Below, one piece after another: positions 29,996 through 38,579 of a stretch of 63,741 nucleotides of DNA. This stretch comes from Candidatus Udaeobacter sp. (GTDB taxonomy: Bacteria; Verrucomicrobiota; Verrucomicrobiia; Chthoniobacterales; UBA10450). Every line of letters begins with the position of its first letter. Within the stretch, counting starts at the first letter, position 1. The stretch lies in assembly GCA_035694525.1 (NCBI GenBank), contig DASSFL010000138.1, positions 1-63,741 of the forward strand, written 5' to 3'. The notes under the pieces were generated by a model that did not search any database, was not told the DNA's origin, and was given only the letters and a program-made list of their open reading frames with translations. The position numbers and the translations under genes were made by a program.

Positions 29996-30264
29996 GAAGG
30001 CGAACGGTTTGCATACCCCGATTTGCTTTTTAGTTTTTCGGCGGTTTCCCATTCCCCATTCAAGATCGGCTCGATAATCAATTTGGCGCGCCCCTTTGCA
30101 ACTGCGACGACGTTGGTTCGCAAGAAGCGGTGAACAGTGCGAACACCCTTCCCAGAGTTTGACGGCGGCTCGAAGCGAATATAGTAAGGCCCTCCGGGCC
30201 GCCGCGGCGGCGGGAGGTAAAATGTTCGGCCATGGACATGAAACAACAAACGACGTTCTTTCAT
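29968..30264 (-). pseudogene. probable N-terminal remnant of a tyrosine integrase
   Basis: The 98-aa ORF ...GPYYIRFEPPSNSGKGVRTVHRFLRTNVVAVAKGRAKLIIEPILNGEW... resembles integrase arm-binding N-termini. No catalytic domain follows. It starts 125 nt from the tRNA-Arg 5' end. Confidence 0.35.
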
Positions 30265-30388
30265 AGTCCCGAGGCTATGAACAAGGTCATGATTTATGCA
30301 ACGGATTTTGCTACGGAATTTTTGTGGTATGAGCCAACACGCTACTGCAGCATTTGCACGGAATTTTCATTGGTAAAATTGGATTTTA

Positions 30389-30462
30389 GCGCCCGTAGCT
30401 CAACTGGATAGAGCATCTGACTACGGATCAGAAGGTTAGTGGTTCGAATCCTCTCGGGCGCG
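30389..30462 (+). tRNA. tRNA-Arg (anticodon ACG), no encoded CCA
   Basis: Hand-folded cloverleaf. Acceptor GCGCCCG/CGGGCGC, D-arm GCTC-AACTGGATA-GAGC, anticodon arm TCTGA-CTACGGA-TCAGA, T-arm AGTGG-TTCGAAT-CCTCT (one U-U pair), discriminator G. Confidence 0.9.
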
Positions 30463-30781
30463 CTCTTGATAACAAGGCACTTACGCCGATTCTAGCGGCC
30501 TAAAGAAAAATCCTGTTTGCCATCTGCTGGGGCTATGTCGCTCGCCCGGCCACTGCGTAGCGGCAAAGGGGGCTTCTCAAATGTTCTGCGTAACCTCGCG
30601 CTGGAATTCCTGCAGTACAACAGTAACGGCCGGAAATGAATCCTCACGACGAGGAGTCACTGAAGGTCAGAACAATAAGACGTAAATAGAAAAGAAATAA
30701 GACTTATGAAAGTGAAATTGGTAAAGGCTGGATTGCAGGTAAACAATCCAACCTCAACCAAAATGAATACAAAAAATAACA

Positions 30782-31270
30782 ATGAAAACTAATTATTGGT
30801 TTAATCGAAATCGTCTCCTATCAGGTCTGCGCCTCGGAACCGCACTGCTTCTCGTCCTATCAGCCCCCTTCATCTCAGCGAGTTCGTCGCAGGCGGAGCG
30901 TGCGCAGACGTATCATGGCGCGCTTACGGGTGGTACGTTTTTGTGTGACGGCACTCCGGTTAACGGTCCTATCGTCACCGGTACGTGGAACGTTATCATC
31001 GATCCCCAAACGCCGGCTCAGGTCACGCTCAACGTATTCTACAACGGCGGCCACCACCTGGCGTTCGGGTACAACGCTTTGATGCAAGTTTCATTTGTCA
31101 ACGGCGTCTACGTATTCTCGGGCTTTGGAGACGCCGCGGCGGCAACGCTCGATACGACGGCGAATCCGGCGACGTTCTCCTGGCGCGTCGAACTCGGTGT
31201 CAGCTGCCCAGACCAGAACCCCTACAACTCGCTGACGTACTTTGGAGTGGCGGATCGCGGACGTCGATAG
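30782..31270 (+). CDS. secreted hypothetical protein
   Basis: 162 aa with signal peptide ...LLLVLSAPFISASSSQA. No family recognised. Confidence 0.6.
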   Translation: MKTNYWFNRNRLLSGLRLGTALLLVLSAPFISASSSQAERAQTYHGALTGGTFLCDGTPVNGPIVTGTWNVIIDPQTPAQVTLNVFYNGGHHLAFGYNALMQVSFVNGVYVFSGFGDAAAATLDTTANPATFSWRVELGVSCPDQNPYNSLTYFGVADRGRR

Positions 31271-31292
31271 GAGCGGCTAAAGGACTTGGAGA

Positions 31293-31715
31293 CTAATGGT
31301 CTCGTTCCTCCCCGTTCCAGCCGGTACCCCGCCGTCCTTTTAAACTCACAAGGGGCGGCGGCTCCAGCCCTTCTACTCTTCTGGTCGAATCGCCAGGACT
31401 GTGACGGTTCCTCCCGTCACGGGCGTGCTGATCCTCGCGCGAAACATGCCTGACACGCTCCCGGCAAACCATTCTGTTGTCGCATTCAATGGAACGGGGA
31501 TTGTGGTCAACATTGTCCAGGCTTCCCGCTGACGACGCTCCCGGAATCATGGGCGTCTTTTGTGGGCAACATTCAATGGTGACGTGCCCGACTGACACTG
31601 AACCGTTGCCTGTAATGCGAAATGTAGTAAACCTCGGTTCTGAAAAGAATTGGGTTAATCCTACTCCGGTAGCAGCGGCGTTTTGAAACGCCATAGTTAC
31701 GTTTTCGGTGCTCAT
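31293..31715 (-). CDS. hypothetical protein, weak call
   Basis: 140-aa ORF. Only the N-terminal half looks protein-like. A competing + strand ORF lies at 31477..31686. Confidence 0.25.
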   Translation of the reverse strand: MSTENVTMAFQNAAATGVGLTQFFSEPRFTTFRITGNGSVSVGHVTIECCPQKTPMIPGASSAGSLDNVDHNPRSIECDNRMVCRERVRHVSREDQHARDGRNRHSPGDSTRRVEGLEPPPLVSLKGRRGTGWNGEERDH

Positions 31716-31972
31716 TTTTCCTTTCGGTAATTAGTTTTTCGGGAACTTTGTTCCGTCATTACCGTAGAACCGAAATGGAGCTTGGAAGGCGTGTTTCCTT
31801 CCCGCGCGGTTTTTTTAAAGGTGGCCGCGCGTCACGAGCCACGCTGCGAATAGGCTGATCTGATCGGGAGTGCGACGCGGCCGCCCCGTGATGGGTCTCC
31901 ACTCCGTCAAGGGTGGCCTTTGCGGCGTGAGCATAATTACCGCTTCCGCCTTCCGCTCCGGAAAGGAAACGG

Positions 31973-32395
31973 ATGAAACTTCCCTCTGATGTCGAGTTTC
32001 ACGAAGACGTTCGCCTAGTTGTCTGGAGACCGCGCGGGGTGCTGAACAGGGCGGCTGTTAACAGAATCATAACTGTCATCGGAGAACTTGAGGCCACGTT
32101 GAAGGAGCCTTTCAATCGCTTCGCCGATACCCTTCAAGCGGATGCAGTTGATCTCAACATCGAGTACCTCATTCGCGTTTTTCTCTACCGGCGCTTCTTT
32201 TATGGAAAACGTCCACCGGTGAAGGCAGCGGTTCTCGCGACCGATTCCACCATTGTCCATTATGCCCGGTTGCATGCGATACTGACTCACGGTTCCCCGA
32301 TCAATGTCCGCATCTTCCAGGATCGCAAAGAAGCCGCACAATGGCTCGGCGTCCCCGTCGAACTGCTGGCGGCGAAGAATTCATCCGTGGATTAG
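31973..32395 (+). CDS. STAS/SpoIIAA-like small protein (tentative family assignment)
   Basis: 140 aa. The pattern VVWRPRGVLNRAAV..., ...KAAVLATDS..., ...FQDRKEAAQWLG resembles STAS-fold DUFs. Confidence 0.5.
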   Translation: MKLPSDVEFHEDVRLVVWRPRGVLNRAAVNRIITVIGELEATLKEPFNRFADTLQADAVDLNIEYLIRVFLYRRFFYGKRPPVKAAVLATDSTIVHYARLHAILTHGSPINVRIFQDRKEAAQWLGVPVELLAAKNSSVD

Positions 32396-32556
32396 TGCAG
32401 TCTAACAGTTTTGTGACGCCAAAAGCGTCCATCGCTGTTTTGAAAATTGAATTTCCCACACCTCAACCTTCGGGCTTGTTTCGCCGGTTTGAATGCGCCC
32501 GTTTATATCACTTTGTCATTGCTGTGTGGCGAGTAAAAGAGGCAGAATCCGCCGTG

Positions 32557-33225
32557 ATGATCGCACGCCCGATGCGCCTCTGGACCATGGTGGGGCTCGC
32601 GCTCGCCCTCTTCTCGATGCCGTTCGTGATCGGGTTGTTCACTGCCTTCCGGGTCCCTTTAACCACTCGGAACGTCTTGCTTCGAGAGATCATCTTGTTC
32701 GCTTTAGCAGCTTTTGTGTTGTTCATCATCAGGAGAAAGGAGCGGCTAGGTTGGGACTCCGTGGGTTTGCAACGTCCGGCGTTGGGCAAGACCGCTATAT
32801 GGGTACTCATCACGTTTGTCGGCGTGGCGCTAGCTATTACCCTGGCATTTGGCTTTATAAAACTCTTCAGCCTTCCAATGGACAACGTTGACTCTAAAGC
32901 ATACGACGCATTGCCGACATGGGTACTGCTAGTAGTCATCATTCGGGCTGGATTCGTCGAAGAACTTTTCTATCGCGGGTATCCGATCGAACGGCTGCAG
33001 TCACTGACGGGCAGCCGAATCTTTGCGGCTGGGATCCCGCTGGTGATATTCGCGGTGTCACATTACCGCCAAGGCCAGGCGGGAATTATCGTTGCGATGC
33101 TGACCGGCGCAGTTCTTACGGGTGTCTACGTCTACAAGCGAAACCTTTGGATCACAATCACTGTGCATTTCCTCGGCGATTTCATCCCGAATATTCTCGT
33201 GCCCCTGTTCGCCGCCGAACAATAA
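32557..33225 (+). CDS. CPBP-family intramembrane glutamic endopeptidase (CAAX protease/Abi-like)
   Basis: 222 aa from the ATG at 32557, polytopic. Motifs GFVEELFYRGY, FAVSHY and VHFLGDF. Confidence 0.8.
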   Translation: MIARPMRLWTMVGLALALFSMPFVIGLFTAFRVPLTTRNVLLREIILFALAAFVLFIIRRKERLGWDSVGLQRPALGKTAIWVLITFVGVALAITLAFGFIKLFSLPMDNVDSKAYDALPTWVLLVVIIRAGFVEELFYRGYPIERLQSLTGSRIFAAGIPLVIFAVSHYRQGQAGIIVAMLTGAVLTGVYVYKRNLWITITVHFLGDFIPNILVPLFAAEQ

Positions 33226-33281
33226 GGTATCAAGAGCAGCCCTTGGTGATACGACATGTTGGAAGGTAGAGAAACCGTCGC

Positions 33282-33511
33282 ATCAAGTACTGGGAAATCA
33301 TCGCCGACAACTCAGCGCATCCGGTTGGAGTTGGGGCTGCGTCTCGGCGATTGATTCCAACGGGCGAACAATCTGGATTGTTGACGCGCATCGCGACGAC
33401 GGAAAGAGGTTTGTAGCTGGCAGCGATGTAAAGCTGACCGCGTTTCTTGAACTTGAGAGGATCACGCACGAATTAGCGGTTTCAGCGCTCCTTGGCGATG
33501 ACACTCATTGA
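33282..33511 (+). pseudogene. copy 3 of the small GWSWG/DAHR.DGKRF ORF family (start codon lost, one frameshift)
   Basis: Reads ATC AAG TAC TGG GAA ATC ATC GCC GAC AAC (IKYWEIIADN). It then shifts frame into ...SASGWSWGCVSAIDSNGRTIWIVDAHRDDGKRFVAGSDVKLTAFLELE.... Confidence 0.6.
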
Positions 33512-33534
33512 GATCAGGGACGTGGCCGGCCGTC

Positions 33535-33750
33535 TCATACAGGATTAAACGCCGTACTTTTGCATAGGGGAAATTTGCCAGCGGCTTCCAATAAGACGGG
33601 CTTCGTAAAATGCTTCACGTACCGGCACTCCTTGCATACCCATCGCATCGAACGTGTCTCCTGCGACTGCTCGATCTGGCCTAACGCATTCAACGCCATA
33701 TCTCGAGTTGCTTCGAGGGCTGCTTTTAGCAGCTTGAGCGCAGGGTCCAT
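33535..33750 (-). CDS. small zinc-ribbon-like protein, possibly decayed
   Basis: 71 aa. It has CKEC, but the second pair reads FPLCKS (only one Cys). No family confirmed. Confidence 0.3.
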   Translation of the reverse strand: MDPALKLLKAALEATRDMALNALGQIEQSQETRSMRWVCKECRYVKHFTKPVLLEAAGKFPLCKSTAFNPV

Positions 33751-34408
33751 AAAAACAGGCTACTGTGATGAAGGCGAGGCAACGCACATCGCCTTTCGTG
33801 TCTCCTGACGCGCGACAAAGCCTCCAAGCACAAGCGCCGCACGCCAAGGAAACCCCTCCTTCCAAGCTTGTCCTACGGAAACAACGGAACAAAGTTTCGA
33901 AAACAGCTGACCGGCGGACGCTAAACGCATCCTAGCGCGATGTGGGGTTCCTTTGCCGCGCCGTCGCACGGAACTTTCGGGGCCCGAGTCCGTAGTACTT
34001 GGTAGAAGCATCGGGAAGTAAAATAATGAATTGGGACAAGCTTCTCGTAATCGGTGGCGATCGAGACAGCTTCAAGGCTCTCGTCGGTCGTAAGATTCGC
34101 GAACGACGTGGAGACGAGCGGCAACTTGCCGAGCATCGTACGACAAAGCATCAGCTCCAAGCGAGAAACTCATGCGTTGCCGATGCAAGAAGTTATCGCG
34201 TTGCTCGACGATTGCCCGTGCCTACCCCAGCACCATTCGACTGGAAAGCACTAATTCTCGTGAAGCGGCTCAGTAAAATTGGGAGTGCGTGGCTCCAGAG
34301 ATTTCGCGATTACCAATTCTAGCCGAACCAGGCAAATAGTGCTTCACGCGCTTTTCAAGTCACGTGCATCCAGATAGAATTGCTGCTGTAACGAGCGCTT
34401 CGTTAAGG

Positions 34409-34451
34409 ACGGATCAGAAGATTAGTGGTTCGAATCCTCTCGGGCGCGCCA
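34409..34451 (+). pseudogene. 3' half of tRNA-Arg(ACG) with encoded CCA
   Basis: 34409-34448 equals 30423-30462 except for one variable-loop G to A (34421). It starts at ACGGA and is followed by CCA, whereas the intact copy is followed by CTC. Confidence 0.8.
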
Positions 34452-34554
34452 CATTCTTTTGCCGTATTCTTGTCCCCGAAGCCTGCTCTTAAGAACGCCG
34501 CCCCAAATTTTTGGGCGAGGTCCATTCACCAACCCCGCAAATCAGACAGATACG

Positions 34555-36690
34555 TTACCTGTCAGGGATGCCTTTTGATCTGGAACTGAACAATTCTCGC
34601 TCCGGATTGTTGACCGGATCGTATTCCACAAACCCGTTCTGCACAGTCGAATTGATGCCGTAGCTCGTGACAGTGAGAGTTTTTCCGTCGGCGCTTACAT
34701 CCAGCACGTTGTAGTTGAATGTGTCCGGGCTGTAAAAGTCAGCTGGTTGGCGCAGCCTGTCTGCGTGCGGATCACCGGAGCGCCTGACATCCTGCAACCC
34801 ATGATAACCTGCGAGGCCGATGGGTTCGAGGTTCTCGGCGATCTGAGCGTTGGCAATGCTGTCCGCAAGTTTCTTTACCAGGGCGAAGCTATGGTTCGAA
34901 ATAAGGTCCGGGCCAGTTGCGCCGAGGGGCCCGCAGACGATCTCGAAGCAGTATGGCGCCTTTATGTAGCTCGCTTGAACACCAGTCTGGCCAGTCGGCG
35001 AGTAAAACAATTCGTTGATTCGGTTCTGATGGTCGTCTGTTGCGAGGAAAACCACGTTGTGGATCCGATGATCAGCGATGAATTTCAACAGCTCATTACG
35101 CTCCGCGCGATAACCGCCCATCCATGACTTTCCGCCATCGCTGCTGACAGGCGCGTAGGTGCTCGGGGCCGGCGTTAATGTGAGCGTCGCGCCGCTGGCA
35201 ATGGTGGCGTTGTTATTGATCGAGAATGTCGTACCGTCGGTGTTGATCGCGTTGATGGTCGTATTCGCGGGAACGCCCGCGCCGAAAACGCCCTGACCTG
35301 CAACAAGGCCGACCGTACTGGCAACTGTGACCGTCCTCGTATTGTTTGTAGAGCCGGTGGTGACGATCGAGCTAATCGAACCAAGAGTGCCGTAATCCGC
35401 AGTTGTCGGCGGATTGACCAGTGTCAGGCTCCCGCCGATTGGCCCGATCTGGTCGATTGGATCGGAAATGTTGATGAATTTCCAAGTTGTGCCTGTGTGT
35501 TCCGCGTCTAAAAGCGTTTGTTCCAACCACGCAAGCTGCGTCGCACCCAGCATTGTGCGGTTGGGATTGTCGGCGCGCGAGCCAGTCTCATCGGCGTTTG
35601 CGGCAGTCTTCATCCGGATGTCGCGATAGGAGCGACAATCTGTGTTGATGAAGATTGCGTTCCTGCTCCATTGTTGAGCGAAATAAAGTTGGCGTGTGCC
35701 ATTCGTGCGTGGGTCCAACGGTGCATTGATCAGGCCACGCTCCTTCATTGGCTGGTAGTTCTCGAAAACTTGCTGCAAAGTTTGTAACCCGCCGCTCTTG
35801 TTCAGGAAGGGAACGCTCCCATCGTTGGGAGTTACATCATTGACAGAGTTGCGTGCATCCACGCCTGCACCGGTGGAAAAATCGAAAGGCGGGCCGCCGG
35901 TGGTGCTCCCGACGCCTCCGCCTGCCGGAGCGCCGCCGTTAATGTACTGCTTGTTGCCGAGTTCGTGGTTGTCATACGCAGTGTAATTGCCCTGGCCGGC
36001 GAAGAATGGTTGCAGGCAGCTCTGACCACCGATGTTTACGGGCACAAATTGCTCGCGATATTTGCGCGAGAAATCATCGAATAACTGCGACTCAGTCGCC
36101 GTTGGAACAGTGACCGTGGGATCTGGAATGTTTCCGGTGCTATGGACAGCTGGCGATCCGATGCTCGCGGAGGTTTCATACTCCGTGTCTCCGTCGAACA
36201 TGAAGAAATCCAAGTTCTTTGCCGGTACCTGGCTTGCGAGGGCATAAGGACGAATCAATCCATCGCAGTCACCGCTGAACCCAAAATGGACTGGAGCATT
36301 GGCTGTCGGGGTCGGAGCGGTCTTGAACTTGCCGACGTTACTTGTGACCGAGGCATTCGTGGTTTGGAACCGGTAATAATAAACGGTTCCTGGCTCCAAG
36401 CCGCCGACATTGCTCTTCACGGTGTAATCAGTCGGCGAGCCAGCAGTCCCCGCCGGTAAGGTAGTAACTCCCGTAATGAACGTTGGGTCCTGGCTGATTT
36501 GCACGTTGATTGTGGTCGGTTGCGGATTGGCTTCGTCTTTGGCGCGTGTCCAGACGATCACGTCGTTGGTTGTTGCGTCGCCGGCAGCGACCCCGAGAAA
36601 GGTGACGTCGGCATCGGCGCTCGTAGTTTTGAGCATGTAGCCCGCGACGAGCACCAAAGTTGCGATCCGAAGTGAAGCGAAGTTTTTCAT
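34555..36690 (-). CDS. PhoD-like alkaline phosphatase/phosphodiesterase (secreted)
   Basis: 711 aa from the ATG at 36690. Sec-type signal MKNFASLRIATLVLVAGYML. PhoD-like N-terminal beta domain (...VYYYRF...) and metallophosphatase motifs (FGFSGDCDG, YDNHE). Extra repeat-rich insertion. Confidence 0.8.
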   Translation of the reverse strand: MKNFASLRIATLVLVAGYMLKTTSADADVTFLGVAAGDATTNDVIVWTRAKDEANPQPTTINVQISQDPTFITGVTTLPAGTAGSPTDYTVKSNVGGLEPGTVYYYRFQTTNASVTSNVGKFKTAPTPTANAPVHFGFSGDCDGLIRPYALASQVPAKNLDFFMFDGDTEYETSASIGSPAVHSTGNIPDPTVTVPTATESQLFDDFSRKYREQFVPVNIGGQSCLQPFFAGQGNYTAYDNHELGNKQYINGGAPAGGGVGSTTGGPPFDFSTGAGVDARNSVNDVTPNDGSVPFLNKSGGLQTLQQVFENYQPMKERGLINAPLDPRTNGTRQLYFAQQWSRNAIFINTDCRSYRDIRMKTAANADETGSRADNPNRTMLGATQLAWLEQTLLDAEHTGTTWKFINISDPIDQIGPIGGSLTLVNPPTTADYGTLGSISSIVTTGSTNNTRTVTVASTVGLVAGQGVFGAGVPANTTINAINTDGTTFSINNNATIASGATLTLTPAPSTYAPVSSDGGKSWMGGYRAERNELLKFIADHRIHNVVFLATDDHQNRINELFYSPTGQTGVQASYIKAPYCFEIVCGPLGATGPDLISNHSFALVKKLADSIANAQIAENLEPIGLAGYHGLQDVRRSGDPHADRLRQPADFYSPDTFNYNVLDVSADGKTLTVTSYGINSTVQNGFVEYDPVNNPERELFSSRSKGIPDR

Positions 36691-36919
36691 ATTATGCGTT
36701 CTTGGTTTGTTGGATGATTGCTGAAAAACGCCGAAGTAACTTGAAGCGTGTGGCGATTTGAAGGCGTTCTTGTAAAACTTTCGTGACGCTTCCGCACGAC
36801 ACCTCGTACGCCTGGTCGACTGCACGCACCGTCGGCGCGACGCCGCGGATCAGAGTTTGGCACGATGGCCCACGCCGGGCGGGAAGCCCGCTGCCGCAGG
36901 ACGATGAGATTAACCCGAG

Positions 36920-37909
36920 CTACTGAAAATACGGCCGGATTTTGGCGTACTTTTTGTCGCCGATTCCGTTTACTTTCTTCAAATCATCGGCGCTGCGAAA
37001 CGGTCGCGAGGCAATAATTCGACCAGCCATCACCGGTCCGATGCCCGGAATCATTCTCAATTCCTTTTCCGTCGCGGCGTTGATGTCGATCCTGCCAAGC
37101 TCGATTTGCTCTTTCGCGTGCGACTTTTGAGATTCAACCGAGCCAACTGCAGCAGTCGACCGGGTGGGCAATGGCGCGGCAATTCGGTGGAACGTATTCG
37201 CCAGAGGCAATGTCCGGGATTGAGCGTTCTTTTCGGCTACGAAAACACTAAAAGGCGCTGGCGGTTGAGCGCGGACATTTAATCGCTCGCCGTTAACGCC
37301 CCAGGCTCCGATTCTCTCCAGCTTTGCGGCGTCTTCGAATTGTTGAAGTTTTTCTACTTCTAGTCGCGAATTTCTTAAACCCGGCGGCACCGCTTTGAAG
37401 CCATAGTTTCGTGCAAGCCCATTACGAACCAACTGCTCGCCAAGATCACCGTCTTTAGTCTGCACAAATGCGTAAAACCGCTCGAGCTTGCTGTGACCTA
37501 TCGCATCCGACATGCGCGTAAAGACCGTAAATGGCTCGGACAATTTCTCCCGGGTAAACTCTTTAGCTGCCTGGCCCACTTCGATGGCCTGGGGCACAGT
37601 GATCGCAAAATATTTTGCCTGTTCAACGAGACGCGCCGGATTCATTGCGTCCGTTTCAGGCGCGTCAACCATGTAGAGGCGAAAAATGTATTCCCTCGCA
37701 CCCGAGCTGGCGTGAAAACTGTCACCATCATTCGCCGGATTTGAAATCAGCCTGCAATTCTCCAGGACGATCCAATCTTTAGACTCGCGTGCGCCAGCAT
37801 CGACCCCCGCCACGCAAACAATCGCCAGGGCAAGGAGTCCAATCTTGTTGCGCAATTTGGTAAATTGCCCAGTCACGAACCTGCAAGCGAAAATCATATC
37901 CGACATCAC
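36920..37909 (-). CDS. secreted staphylococcal-nuclease-like domain fused to a ComEA-type helix-hairpin-helix DNA-binding domain
   Basis: 329 aa. SNase motifs NDGDSFH and RLYMVDAPE. C-terminal IDINAATEKELRMIPGIGPVMAGRII...VNGIGDKKYAKIRPYF. Confidence 0.8.
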   Translation of the reverse strand: MMSDMIFACRFVTGQFTKLRNKIGLLALAIVCVAGVDAGARESKDWIVLENCRLISNPANDGDSFHASSGAREYIFRLYMVDAPETDAMNPARLVEQAKYFAITVPQAIEVGQAAKEFTREKLSEPFTVFTRMSDAIGHSKLERFYAFVQTKDGDLGEQLVRNGLARNYGFKAVPPGLRNSRLEVEKLQQFEDAAKLERIGAWGVNGERLNVRAQPPAPFSVFVAEKNAQSRTLPLANTFHRIAAPLPTRSTAAVGSVESQKSHAKEQIELGRIDINAATEKELRMIPGIGPVMAGRIIASRPFRSADDLKKVNGIGDKKYAKIRPYFQ

Positions 37910-37916
37910 AATTCAA

Positions 37917-38579
37917 TTAGGGCGCCGGCAATCGCGCCAGGTGAGCCGCGTACATCGCGACGATTCCGCCCAACACACCGCCGGCAATCACGTCGCTGAC
38001 GAAATGATAATTCATCGCCACAAGACTCACGAGCATCGAAGCACTGAAAACAATGACTACGACTTGTACGGTTCGACTGCGGGGCATTGCGATTAGCCAA
38101 ACGGTAGCAAAGGCCAGAATTCTTGTAGCGTGGCCGGACGGAAAACTGCCGATGTCATCGCCACGCTGAAATGGATGGAAACCGTACGTTCCGGTGCCGA
38201 TGAGAGATGGATTATCGTGAGTCCAAGTTTCCGGCCAATAGCGACCGAAAACATCGCCTAACGAGATGCGGAAATCATCGGCAACAATCAGACTGAGACA
38301 CGCGACAAAGAGTGTTTTCTGCCAGCGCAGAAATGATCCCCACGCCCGCCGAACCATTAAAATAGTCAAAACAAGAGCCGACCAATTCTGCACTTCTGGC
38401 GGTGGATACGTGAGCCATCGAAAAACCTGAATCGTGTTGATGTGATGGTGATAGATAAAGAACGCCACCGGGCGATCAATCCAAAAGTAACAGGTCAACA
38501 CGCCAACGACGCAGAAGGCAGCAGTCATCAACGTGCGAAGCAGTAATGTGCGGTATTCCAGTTCGGGCCTCGTTCTCAC
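37917..38579 (-). CDS. PAP2-family membrane phosphatase
   Basis: 220 aa, polytopic. Motif SFPSGHA plus a downstream ...HF.SD... motif. Confidence 0.8.
   Translation of the reverse strand: MRTRPELEYRTLLLRTLMTAAFCVVGVLTCYFWIDRPVAFFIYHHHINTIQVFRWLTYPPPEVQNWSALVLTILMVRRAWGSFLRWQKTLFVACLSLIVADDFRISLGDVFGRYWPETWTHDNPSLIGTGTYGFHPFQRGDDIGSFPSGHATRILAFATVWLIAMPRSRTVQVVVIVFSASMLVSLVAMNYHFVSDVIAGGVLGGIVAMYAAHLARLPAP

Larger units (their letters stand above)
24816..30388. mobile_element. putative decayed integrated segment A (between the tRNA-Arg 5' half and the intact tRNA-Arg)
   Basis: Bounded by tRNA-Arg pieces. Holds an integrase N-terminal remnant next to the tRNA, broken small-ORF copies and gene fragments. 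Boundaries are inferred. Confidence 0.4.
30463..34408. mobile_element. putative decayed integrated segment B (between the intact tRNA-Arg and the displaced 3' half)
   Basis: Full tRNA on the left and a 3'-half direct repeat on the right is the classical attL/attR layout. AT-rich stretch at 30650-30800. No integrase inside. Confidence 0.45.

Noticed and set aside
33893-34408. ORFs 33999..34322 (+), 33921..34160 (-) and 33545..33892 (-) as genes at the right end of segment B.
   Set aside because: They are mutually overlapping, have no motifs and show poor protein-like composition. The region looks like decayed non-coding DNA next to the displaced tRNA 3' half.
24777-34451. The tRNA-Arg halves read as a split tRNA, or as a tRNA with an anticodon-loop intron.
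   Set aside because: The halves are separated by about 9.6 kb that contains protein genes and a complete third tRNA-Arg copy. The 5' half has an acceptor-stem mismatch (A3 opposite C70). Integration or insertion is the simpler explanation.
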